DNA of 64,000 bases from Octopus vulgaris. Its lineage: Eukaryota. Positions 52,168 to 64,000 of the stretch are shown in pieces. A program made the translations under genes and the position numbers. Below the pieces are notes generated by a model, which was not told the origin of the DNA, searched no databases, and was given only the letters and a program-made list of their open reading frames with translations. Numbering within the stretch: position 1 is the stretch's first letter; the number at the start of each line of letters is the position of its first letter. The stretch is from assembly GCA_951406725.2 (NCBI GenBank), contig OX597832.1:21204001-21268000 (forward strand), in the 5' to 3' direction.

Positions 52168-52841
52168 CTTGGAGAATCAGATATCGTTGTAACATCTCGG
52201 TTGAAAAGAGCACAGCGTCCACTTTCCTATGCTGGCATGGATCAGACAGATTTTATATGGCTGGATGCCTTTACTGTCGCCAACACTCATTTATTTCCGA
52301 GTAATATTTCCCCATGCCAATACATGTTTACGTGGAAGATTGGAAAAGAACACCCCTTGCTTGACAGGGACACTTGTTTACTACAAATGCATAGATATCA
52401 AGGCAAAGCGACGGACAGTAAAACAAACTTTTTCCTGGTAACAGTTAATACTATAATATTATAATATTAACTGTTAATATTATAATAATGGAGTGCACAT
52501 ACATAGGATCATTCACACACGTTTGCGCCCACAGACACACACGCACTCACACACACACAGACATACAGATATATACACACACATCCACACGGACACAGAC
52601 AGATAAACGCATACACACACATATTAATGAAAGCATATATCTGTACATGTATGTATATAGATGTACGCTATGCCATAATATAGCTAGAGCGTGTGCCACC
52701 CGGGGTGGCCCTTCAATGTGACATTTTCAGGCCCCTCACAAAAAATACATATTGCCTAAGAAACAAACACACACACACACACATATATATATATACATAT
52801 ACATATACATATATGTATATATATACACACATATATATATA

Positions 52842-52892
<51 letters not shown>

Positions 52893-53542
52893 GTATAATA
52901 TATGCATAGTGCTTATATATGTATACGTACGCTTGCATATACAAATATATGTTTTCGTGTGCGCACCTCTGTGGTGTGTGTGTGTGTGTGTAAGCATGCG
53001 TGTGTGTGTGCATGCGTGTGTGTGTGCGTGTGTGTGTGCGTGTGTGTATGCGTGTGTGTGTGTGTGTGTGCGCGCGCGTGCGCGTGCGTGTGTGTGTGTG
53101 TGTATGTGTACGAAGAATTGTCAATAGACTGCATTGAGTGTTGTTTGCATTTGTCGTATTAATATTTACTGAAATGCTTGACCAGCAACAGTTTTCTCAA
53201 AGGTCAATGAGACGAAGAATCTGCACACCTGGCAAGGCGAGTGGTGTAAAAAGGCTTGACTTTACTGGCCTACACACATATACACACACACACACAAAAA
53301 CACAACACAAACAACACACTATACACACAAACTGTCTCAAAAACATATATATATATATATATATATGTATATGTATATATATGTATATATATATATATAT
53401 GTATATATGTATATATATATATATATTTATATATGTATGTATGTATATATGTATATATATTTATATGTATGTATGTATATATGTATGTGTATATGCATAT
53501 ATATATATATGTATATATGTATATATATTTATATACATATAT

Positions 53543-53593
<51 letters not shown>

Positions 53594-53765
53594 AGTATGT
53601 ATATATATACATACTCACATGTATGTATATAGATGCAAATATATATATATACATACAAACAAAAACATACGGACACACTCGAACAGAAAAACAAATTGAT
53701 GAATAATATACATCGTACATAGATCTGCACATATTATGTTGTGTGTGTATGTACGTGTGTTTTTG

Positions 53766-53803
<38 letters not shown>

Positions 53804-53933
53804 GTGTACTTCTTCATCTGATCGTGTAGGCGTGCTCAGTCAATGGGTAATTGGACAGGAGGTGGTTGAATGTAACATTACACCTGTGCTATTGATTGCA
53901 CAGGTGTAGATGACGTCAAAACGAACTATAATA

Positions 53934-53964
<31 letters not shown>

Positions 53965-54100
53965 CATATATATACATGTATATGTGTGTGTACATACTGT
54001 ATATGCATATATATATGTTTGTATATATATATATATATACATGTATCTATATGTTTATGTATATATGTTCATATGTACGTATTTATGTATTATCACATAT

Positions 54101-54164
<64 letters not shown>

Positions 54165-54204
54165 ACTATTATCTTCACCTGGTCGCTGCCATACTCGTTA
54201 AATA

Positions 54205-55090
54205 CTATTTGACCTAAACAAGTTGATTTTAGTCTCGTCAAGATAAAGAATTTTATTCCAAAACTCTTTCCTCTTACTCACATAGATTGCGGTAAAAGAC
54301 AGACGACTTGATTTATATCAGGTAGTGAGGAGAGGCTTCGTACGAGGAATGCGTCCTTGAAGGTCACACTGGTTCGAACTTCGGTGCACTGTTCGGGTGG
54401 ATATACTCTTTCCACTAACAGAAGACACTTCTTGGGTCACAGATGAAGCGGTACGACGCCTGTCGTCCATCACTCGACGTTGGATGTGGCGAATATCACG
54501 CGCAGTTAAAATAGGAGGATGACCTGGACGGTGTTTATTGCTCAGCCGTCCAATAGCCTTTTACTTCTGAATTACTTTGGCAACTGTGTTTACGCTAATA
54601 CGTATTCGTTTGTTAATTAATTTGTATCCTAAACCTTTCTTGTGCAAATTAAAAATAATTTTCTTCGAATCTTCAGACAATTCTTTTTCTTTTGGTGTCA
54701 TTTTAATTATAATGAAAAAAAGTTTTCACCACGGTACACAAATCAGAATTCCTGCAGATGCAATAACAATGACCGGTGCAAAAATGCCAGGAGAAATCAT
54801 TTATGAGAACTGAAATTATCAGAAATACCTGAATTTAGCAAAAAAAGTGGATAAAACATTGAATATAGCAAAAATCCTTTAGGGTGTACATATTTTTGTA
54901 ACGTTTGAAAATGAATATTTCGTTCATATCTTTGAAAATGTTTACTGTCTCTGTTCCAAATTTGTATAATGTTTGCATGTACAACAGATTTTATTCAGTA
55001 TAAATTTCGCTTGATTTCCTTCGATATCATCAGAGTAATAGCAACTTAACTAAAAATTTTAAGGGGTGTACTTACTTCTATGAGATACTG
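54205..55090 (-). mobile_element. Tc1-family transposon 5' half: TIR plus decayed transposase (ATG at 54701)
   Basis: TA|CAGTATCTCATAGAAGTAAGTACACCCCT terminus at 55090; MTPKEKELSEDSKKIIFNLHKKGLGYKLI...SVNTVAKVIQK*...RPGHPPILTARDIRHI...GRIPRTKPLL...ILYLDETKINLF, with stops and frameshifts. Confidence 0.9.
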
Positions 55091-55196
55091 TATGTATATC
55101 CAATCGATATTTACACAGAATCCTTTACAAACTTATTTACTTGAGGTTAAAACATTTTATAAAAAGAAGGATGCATACATTATACACACACATATA

Positions 55197-55336
55197 TACG
55201 ACGGACTTCGTTCAGTTTCCGTCTACCAAATCTACTCACAAGGCTTGGGTCGGCCCGAATAGAAGACACTTGCCTAAGTTGACACGCAGTGGAACTGAGC
55301 CCTGAACCATGTGGTTGGGAAGCAAGCTTCTTACCA
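55197..55336 (-). mobile_element. SINE-A head fragment
   Basis: TCAGTTTCCGTCTACCAAATC...GAAGACACTTGCC...CCATGTGGTTGG. Confidence 0.8.
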
Positions 55337-55499
55337 TTCCGTAGACGGAAACATAAAGACAGCGGTCATATATGTACCTACATACATACCTACATACACA
55401 GACACATACACACACACACACATATATGTACACCCACACAAACTCCCTCATTCACCATATGAAAGAAGGTTTCAAGTAGTCAAACTGTATATATATATA

Positions 55500-55773
55500 T
55501 CACCAGGTTATCAGATGTTGCTATACATCGCTGGTCACAATGCGCTTCGCATTGTTTTAGTCTTCAAATGACGCCACCCCGCTGGCTAAGCAAGCAGACC
55601 ATCAGAAGAAAGAGTGAGAGAAAGTTGTGGCGAAAGAGTTGTGAGAGAAACTTGTGCCGTGGAGCTTCTAGGTGTTTTCGCTCAATAAACACTCACGACG
55701 CCCGGTCTGGGAATCGAAACCGCGATCCTACGACTTTGAATTCGCTGCCCTAACCACTGGGCCATTGCGCCTC
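55500..55773 (-). mobile_element. SINE-C
   Basis: Reverse complement of 56484-56790. Confidence 0.88.
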
Positions 55774-55810
55774 TATATGGCTCTTAAAATTTGTTATATA
55801 TATATATGTA

Positions 55811-55903
<93 letters not shown>

Positions 55904-56434
55904 AACAAACGTGTGTACATACACCTATGCATCAATTCTACATACGAAATCCAAAAGCTAAAATAGAAATACATCAGAATAGGTTATTCAATGGATAATA
56001 ATACAATTCTAAGCGAGGTTTTTGATATTCCATCTAGTTACGTCATACTTAACACGGTATTTTTTGATTTTTACTAACGTATCATCACATTTATTTCGAT
56101 TTATTACTAGAATATCGCCTTTTTTGGATATTTTGTTGTGAATAAATATTGAATTTGCAAGTTAGATAAATATCTCGCTCGGCAGAAAGTTGGATCTGTA
56201 TATGTTAGTTATATTGTTGTCGAATTTTGAATGACTATCGCGGTAGAAATGTCTTTGATAATGAATGAGATAAATTGGTAGCTAAATGAGTTAGGTAAGC
56301 ACTGCATGGTAACGGTGGTGGTATTGCTGTTGGTGGCTGCGGTGATGGTGGTGGCGGTAGCGGTGGTGGTGGTGGTGGTGGAGGTGGCGGTGGAAATATG
56401 GTTGGTTAGGCGATATGGTATACGTGCACGCACG

Positions 56435-56483
<49 letters not shown>

Positions 56484-56795
56484 GTGGAGGCGCAATGGCC
56501 TAGTGGTTAGGGCAGCGGACTCGCGGTCGTAGAGTCGCGGTTTCGATTCCCAGACCGGGCGTTGTGAGTGTTTATTGAGCGAAAACACCTAAAATCTCCA
56601 CGAAGCTCCAGCAGGGGGGTGGGGTGGCGATCCCTGCTGTACTCCTTCGCCACAACTTTCTCTCACTCTTTCTTCTGTTGGCCTGCTCGCTTAGCCAGCG
56701 GGGTGGCGTCATTTGAAGGCTAAAACAATGCGAAGCGCATTGTGACCAGCGATGTGTAGCAACATCTGATAGCCTGGTCGGTCACGGTGATCACG

Positions 56796-56800
<5 letters not shown>
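56484..56800 (+). mobile_element. SINE-C full length, tail ending in a TCACGGTGA repeat and (TA)n
   Basis: GTGGAGGCGCAATGGCCTAGTGGTTAGGGCAGCGGACTCGCGG...GGTTTCGATTCCC. Confidence 0.9.
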
Positions 56801-56838
<38 letters not shown>

Positions 56839-57041
56839 ATACGCACACGCACATACACATACATATTTTTTCGTATATACACCCGCAATAACGAATATGC
56901 ATACACAAGATATGTGTTTTGCTAGGTCGTGGGTAGGCTGCGTAGGTATTTGAATACCTACCTGGGTAGGTATTTGAACTCAATATGCATAGGCTTCAGA
57001 ATGAAGCGACAGTCGAGTAGAGAGCGTAAAAGAAAATTAGA

Positions 57042-57230
57042 TAAACGACAAAGAACAGGATATTATACAACGGACTTCATTAGCTTACAGCTTTTTCTGC
57101 TATATGATGCAACAAGGAAGCTATAAAGTGATGCATAGTTACTCAGCTCTAAGTGCATTCCATCCTGAAGCAGAAACAACTGTAAGCTAATGGAGTTCAG
57201 TACATAATTTCCTGTTGCTTTGTCATTTCT
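57042..57230. mobile_element. Old inverted repeat with a degenerate hammerhead motif (Penelope-like remnant)
   Basis: Arms of about 60 bp (CATTAGCTTACAG / CTGTAAGCTAATG). The + strand 57145-57188 reads AGCT CTAAG TGC...GCA GAAA CAACTG TA AGCT. Confidence 0.55.
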
Positions 57231-57471
57231 TCCTTTAATTTCAGTAATCATGTTGGACAAAATGTTAGGCGTTTTCGTTTCATTCTGTGGCTTTTAAACT
57301 TTGTTTCTAAAATGATTTGCATACCAAGGTAACAAATTCTCGAATAACTTTCTATAATCATGTCACTGACGCCCGCTGGTGGAATATACGAGAATCATTA
57401 TTTTTTCAAAAAGAAGATATATGTGTGTATGTGTGTGAGTGTGTGTGTATTCATACATATACGCACGCATA

Positions 57472-57557
<86 letters not shown>

Positions 57558-57599
57558 TATGTATATGTATGATATGTATGTATGTATGTATGTATGTAT

Positions 57600-58150
57600 C
57601 TCAGGTCACTTTCGAGTGCTACTCGTAAAATGTAACCCAGTACAACCTGTTGCATGGTCGGGTCGTCGGGACTAAACCGGCAACCCCACCAAGCTTGCTT
57701 GGTGATGAGGGTATTTATTGGACACCCTGCGAGATGAAAAACAAAACCCGTCAAAGGGCGGAGGAACTCTTGAGAGTCAACGGCCATCCAATAAATGTCT
57801 TAAGGCTGTATTATGCGCGGGGACATGGAAATAATCGGACTGAATACCCGATCGCGCGGTTAAACCATTGGGAGTGATGGACTCCTAGCCTTTGTTAGGG
57901 CATTTTTCTAGGAGAAGGTAACTCAGGTAACTGGGATAACTCCGATATAAAACCTGCGGCTCAGTGGTTACCGATAATGTTGACTTGTTCTTCTTTTCGA
58001 ATTATGGCTGCTGTTGCTTAGTGAGTGAGATTGACTAAGTGCACAGCCTTTCCTCACTTTAAAAAAATCTTCTTGCACAGGCATTGCACGATAACAACAT
58101 TGATTAAGCTTCGTGCAATGGCCATAATCGATAACGAGGGGGCAGCCACC
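57600..58150 (+). mobile_element. Probable non-autonomous RTE-clade derivative (5'UTR-like plus 3'-end-like sequence, no ORF)
   Basis: CTAGGAGAAGGTAACTC...TAAAACC resembles the RTE 5'UTR motif; a terminal hairpin and CATAATCGATAACGAGGGGGCAGCC resemble RTE 3' ends (from memory, unverified). Confidence 0.45.
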
Positions 58151-58464
58151 ATGTAAGTATCTATGCGCCCACACAGATACACACACACTGGTAGTAAGAT
58201 AAGCCATTTACTGAACCGATTGTCGTCCAATACGAGTGTTTGAAAAGCTATTAACAGCGAAAGTTCTGGTGTATTAGAAACGCGTCTTAACAACAGAAAT
58301 ATCATTGCGATTATTAAGATCTTTTTGAAATAATTAATGAATTTCAATTGAAGAAAATCTATCTTCAAATAATCCAACTATCATTATCAATATATATAAG
58401 TATATATATGTGTGTGTTTGTGTGCGTGTGTGAGTGTGTACATATTTAGAGAGATATTTATATG

Positions 58465-58516
<52 letters not shown>

Positions 58517-58519
<3 letters not shown>

Positions 58520-58751
58520 GGAGTAAACACATAAATGTGAAACAAGGTGGAAAAAAGAGTACTCAAATACCAGTGGTAGAGTAATATGCTTTATTTTAAG
58601 CAGCAGAAAATTCAACAAAATCTGTTACTCTGAGTTTCTCGTTGCCGTTCATCAGACAGTTTTTGCTAGAATGGAAAAAACTGTCTGATGAACGGCAACG
58701 AGAAACTCAGAGTAACAGATTTTGTTGAATTTTCTGCTGCTTAAAATAAAG
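58517..58751. mobile_element. Penelope-like terminal-repeat remnant with a perfect 76-bp-arm palindrome (58589-58664 / 58676-58751), inserted in (TA)n
   Basis: Arms are exact reverse complements. Each carries a hammerhead motif followed by AATAAA. Confidence 0.8.
58681..58718 (+). ncRNA. Minimal type I hammerhead ribozyme motif (mirror copy on - at 58622-58659)
   Basis: CUGU CUGAUGA ACG-GCAA-CGA GAAA CUC-A-GAG UA ACAG. Confidence 0.75.
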
Positions 58752-59458
58752 TATATATATATATATATATAATGTGTGTGTGTGTATGTATGTATCTGAA
58801 TATATATATATGCATACACATACATTTCTATACTTATGTATACCTATCTCTGTATATACTGTATATGGTCAGGCAAGCGTTTCATTGTATTTGGCAAGCA
58901 GTTTTAGCAAATTAAAAGAACAGTATATACTTTCCTTTTCATTTTACGCTTTGAATTCGGACAGGATTTTAACTTGTGGTGGTAAAAGAAAATACAAGGA
59001 GAGAAAGAACGGGGTTCGGCTGATAGATCTGCAGCCTTTAAATCGAAGCAAACACCTCGTTCTGATTTGAAGAATTTCGCAAGGCGGGAAAGCTGTGATA
59101 TTATGAAACAGTCTCTGTTACATTTGTCACGTTGTGGCGCGAGAAATTGCTACAGTCTTCTCTTTTCGCCTAATGTACTTCACTATATAGAGATAAGTCG
59201 TACACAGAGAGGCACACACAATCTTTCTCCTTCTCTCTCATGAACACACACCTACACACACACACAATACACACAATACACACACGGTCGACTTAGTATT
59301 ATAAATTCTTTAATTTCCTTTTCACTTTTAATATGTGTACCTACATGTCAGCATGTACGAAAGCATGTATGTATGTATGTATGTATGTATATATATATAT
59401 AGAGAGAGAGAGAGGGAGAGAGGGTGAGAGAGAAGGAGACATAGTTCTGTGTGCGTGT

Positions 59459-59521
<63 letters not shown>

Positions 59522-59677
59522 TAAATATATACATATAAATATATATATATACATATATATATATACACACATGCATGTATATATACATGTATATGTATGT
59601 ATATATATATATACATATATATACACACATGCATATATATATACATGTGTATGTATGTATATATATATATATATATG

Positions 59678-59715
<38 letters not shown>

Positions 59716-60040
59716 AGTATGCATGTATGCGTGTAGGTGTATATATAGATGCACAACGACATACAAATGCGTAGGTATATGCATACACACACATGCATAC
59801 ATATATGCATGCTTACACACACATACAAATGCACGCAGTAATACATGATACGTAAACGAACAGCTATTTTTGAATTAATTAAATCTATTTATATTTGAAT
59901 GCAGAACTGCCTGACTGCCTGTCGTTCTCTCCCGTCTCTCTCTTTCCTTCTTTCTTTCCACATACACACATAGATACGTATATATATATATATATACATA
60001 CATACGTATGTACATGCGTATATACGCACTTACATATTTG

Positions 60041-60077
<37 letters not shown>

Positions 60078-61613
60078 ACACGCATATATGTAATATATAT
60101 GTAGCTATGTAAATATGAATGTGCGTGTATTTAAGTTTGTTTATGCATAAGTATTCATAAGTGTGTGTGTATGGGTGTATGTGTGTGTGTGTATGTGAGA
60201 GAAAGAGCAAAATATAGTTAGTGTCAATGTGTGTGTATGTGTGTTTGTGTATGTGTGCGTGAGAGAGAGAGAGAGGGGCAGAGAAAGAAAAAGTGAGTGA
60301 GAGAGAGGAGAGAGAGAGTGAGGAGAGAGAGGAGGAGGGAGAGAGAGAGAGTGTGTGTTTGTGTGTGTGTGGGTGTATGTGCATGCGTGTGTGTGTGCGT
60401 GTGTGTTTATGTATGTATGTGTTTGTGCGCGCGCGTGTACGCGTCTTACTATCATTCTATCTATTCAACTACCCGCAAATATACAGACAGATACTCTCAC
60501 GCATAAACACATAAACACACATATACACATGCATTTAACCACACATGTACACATATACACACTTAACCACACACACACACACACACACACAAACACATTC
60601 ACACATGCACACACTCATCATATACACGCATACATACTTGCACGTCTGCAGATACATATATCCATATCGATGCACATATAAGCACTCTTTCTCTCTCTCT
60701 CTCTCTTGATGTGTCGTTTCAATTTTATTGTATTTCTCATTCTGTGTTTCTCCATTCTAACAATGTTTCAATAATGATTTTCCAGATGATTTGCTCGAAG
60801 ATAATTTGTCCAATTATTCCGTAATCTATTCAATATTTCTGCGACTATTCCAAAGAGCTGTTAAGCAACCTCAAACTAAACGATATCTTTCGGCAAAACC
60901 TGACAATCCAACAAACCAACCAACCGTCTCTCTCTCTCTCTTTCTGTCTCTCTCCCTTCTCCTCTCTCTCACTTTCCTTTTCTCTTCCTCTACCTCTCTT
61001 TCTCTCTCTCTCTCTCTCACACACACGCATTCACACGAACTATATTTTACTCTTTCAATCTGTTTTATCTAACAGTCGTTCCTACATTCCTACATTCCTA
61101 CGTTCTTTCATTCCTACGGTCCTGTGTTCTTACGTTTATTTGTTCTTACGTTCCTTCCTTCTTCGGTATATACAAAACCTACTGGTTTTTCACTGAACAT
61201 TTCTCTCTCTATTTTTCTCTATATTTTCTCTCCAATTTTCTTTCTCTTTCTCACCTGCTTCAGTCTTTCTTTTTATTATCTCTCTCCTCGAAAACATTTC
61301 TCTCTCTTTCCTTCCTTTACTGTCTCTCTGTCTCTTCAAATCTCCGTCGTCTCGTCTGCCTATCTTTTAGTCTCTCGGTTTTCCTCTATCCACCTCTCAC
61401 TTCATTTCATTTCGTTCACTTTCTATCTTCTGCCTGTCACTCCCTCTCATCCTCTCTCATTTTCTTTTTCCTTCCCCCTCTTTCTGTCTTCCCTTCGTCT
61501 CTCAAATTATTTCTTACTTTCTCTCTCATTTATTCTGTAATCCATTTTCAATTTCTCCTTTTCTCTTTGCCTCTTTCTTTCCATAACTATCTACCGCTCT
61601 AACTTACTCCATC

Positions 61614-62031
<418 letters not shown>

Positions 62032-62139
62032 ATCTATTCCGCTTAATTTATCTGCTTATCGTCTTTCTCTCATTCTAATCTATTAAACGTCTCCTATTGG
62101 TCTTCACTTTGTCCTGTCTCTCTCTCTCCCTCTCTCCCT

Positions 62140-62170
<31 letters not shown>

Positions 62171-62925
62171 ACACCCATACATACGCACACACGTACGCAC
62201 ACAACCACAGACACCCGCCCTTTCATTCATTCATTCATTCATCCTGCCTGTGAATACGAGCTGTTAATAGTCTACAATAACGCTTTCCCGTTTCTCTTTC
62301 TGATGCCCTATTATCAAATATAACTCTCCAACTCCTTCTCTTACCATCACTCCCTCTCTCCCTCATACTCTCCCTCATACTCTCCCTTTCACTGTTTCTT
62401 TCCCCACACTGTATGTCTCTCTCCCTCTCTCTCGCTCTCTTTGATATGATATCGGTCTTAGTATTTCTATCTACCTTTCTTTTCTCCCTATGCACGTCTA
62501 GGTAGTTATCCTGCATTCCTGCATTCCTCACCACCACCACCACCACCACCACCACCAGCATCGCCACCGCCACAGTCATCATTATATTAGTTACAACGAT
62601 TTTGTCTCTTACAGATATTCGTTCTGTTCCTTGGCCGTTGAACAAACACCGGGGTAATATCTGAGGTCAGGTGACGAGGGCCAAATGACACAGCACTGCT
62701 TGCCCTCAACTATTTGCTTGTCAGAGCATATATGGCACACACACACACACACACACACACGCGCACACACGCACACACACACACATATATATATGTATAT
62801 ATATTTATACATATAAATATGTGTGTGTGCAAATATATATATATATATGTATGTATATAAGAAATTTTGCGTAATGAGATAAGAAACCAAGGCTGTATAG
62901 ATATTAGAGCATTTATAGATAGAAG

Positions 62926-62977
62926 GTCTTACAGCTGTTTCTAGGATATTAATTAATTATATCCCTTCATCGGAGAC
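62926..62977 (-). ncRNA. Minimal type I hammerhead ribozyme motif, CCGAUGA core variant (Penelope-like remnant, about 62855-63010)
   Basis: GUCU CCGAUGA AGGGAUAU-AAUUAAUUA-AUAUCCUA GAAA CAGCUG UA AGAC. Confidence 0.65.
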
Positions 62978-63016
62978 AGTGTGAGAGGAAATAATAAGTC
63001 ATAGTTTGTTTCGATG

Positions 63017-63128
<112 letters not shown>

Positions 63129-63509
63129 TGAATATGTGTATATATATATATATAACATCGATTCAAATAAATATGGAAAATTGTACATTTATAAAGTTCT
63201 TATTTTACACTCATTTTTATGTATATTCTCTCTAAAACTCTGTCCGACATATGTTTCTGTTGCATGGTTATCTTTCTATGCAGTGCGTACTCGCATCCTG
63301 TTGGTTCAGCTATACCTAGATTTCATCCTCGTTAAAAACGTATCCATGCAGAATTATTCAAAGTGTCGCCAGTATTATAGTCTGGAACAACGATGTTCTT
63401 ATATCTTTGGTAGCTGATTAAGGTTCAGTGCAAAAATAAAAAGGCTACGTAGATACATTTCTAAAGAGGGTGAAATCTCTAAGCAGAAGAACTGCAAAAA
63501 TGACCGTAA

Positions 63510-63825
63510 TAATCTTTTCTGCTATAGGCGCAAAGGCTGACATTTTGGGAGAGGGGACCAGTCTGTTATATCGACTCCAGTGCGCAACTGATACTTAATT
63601 TATCGACCCCCGAAATGGTGAAAGACAAAGTCGACCTCGGCGGAATTTGAACGTAACGGCAGACGAAATACCGCTAAGCATTTCGCCCAGCATGCTAACG
63701 ACTCATTTCTATTCTATGAAAGGTAATGTCGACCTCGGCGGAATTTGAACTCACAACGTTAAGACAGACAAATACCTCTAAGCATTTCGCAGGGCGTGCT
63801 AACGTTTCTGCCAGCTCGCCGCCTA
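63510..63825 (-). mobile_element. SINE-B pair
   Basis: Two B heads; the last ends CCAGCTCGCCGCCT on +. Confidence 0.85.
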
Positions 63826-64000
63826 AAAAATAGCTGTAAAGTTGTATAATGCTCCTTATTTATTTGAATCGTCTTGGCTCTACACAAGATATGTGACCTC
63901 GTTAGTACCGCTGGCGTTTTTTTTCCTCTGTCTTCCCTTCTCGGGATCTTTTCTTCTTCTATGTTTCCAACGAAGAGCTCCGCACAAAACGTTAAACCCT

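Larger units (their letters stand above)
49866..52754. repeat. Diverged inverted duplication, arms of about 320 bp (49866-50185 and 52424-52754), 2.2-kb spacer
   Basis: For example GGCACACGCTCTAGCTATGTTATGGCATAGCGTACATCTATATACATACATGTACAGATATATGC versus its near-exact reverse complement at 52632-52697. Both inner ends read CCAGGAAAAAGTTTG. Confidence 0.9.

Noticed and set aside
57600-57800. HDV-like ribozyme at the 5' end of the RTE-like element
   Set aside because: Hairpins are present, but I could not assemble the nested double pseudoknot by eye. It needs a descriptor search.
58143-58160. GCCACCATG Kozak match overlapping a GTAAGT donor
   Set aside because: It lies at the 3' junction of a probable RTE-derived repeat, ATG is followed by an in-frame TAA, and there is no promoter or downstream exon support.
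62600-62680. Possible micro-exon after the acceptor-like TTTTGTCTCTTACAG
   Set aside because: Splice-like words alone are not evidence. No recognisable peptide or partner exons.

Overview
Repeat-saturated animal DNA, probably intronic or intergenic. The SINE types and the extreme (TA)n/(CA)n/(ATCT)n/(ATT)n microsatellite load suggest an octopod cephalopod (inference, no database check). I find no supportable host protein-coding gene: most ORFs in the track are microsatellite translations or SINE reading frames. The window holds three abundant tRNA-headed SINE groups (locally labelled A, B, C), decayed LINE fragments (CR1-like x4, R4/Dong-like RLE x2, one other RLE type, Tx1/L1-like, RTE-like), Tc1/mariner and hAT relics and MITEs, and a 5'-truncated U6 snRNA copy. 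Most notable: (1) several unrelated minimal type I hammerhead ribozyme motifs in Penelope-like foldback remnants, one inside a perfect 76-bp-arm palindrome; (2) the U6 copy fused head-to-tail to a full-length SINE; (3) a SINE/CR1-LINE shared 3' tail whose hairpin covaries; (4) SINE-B repeatedly inserted into itself at GGTA microhomology; (5) module swapping among SINE heads, bodies and tails. These are mobile-element biology, and I cannot claim a wholly new system from the sequence alone. Boundaries of decayed elements are approximate.
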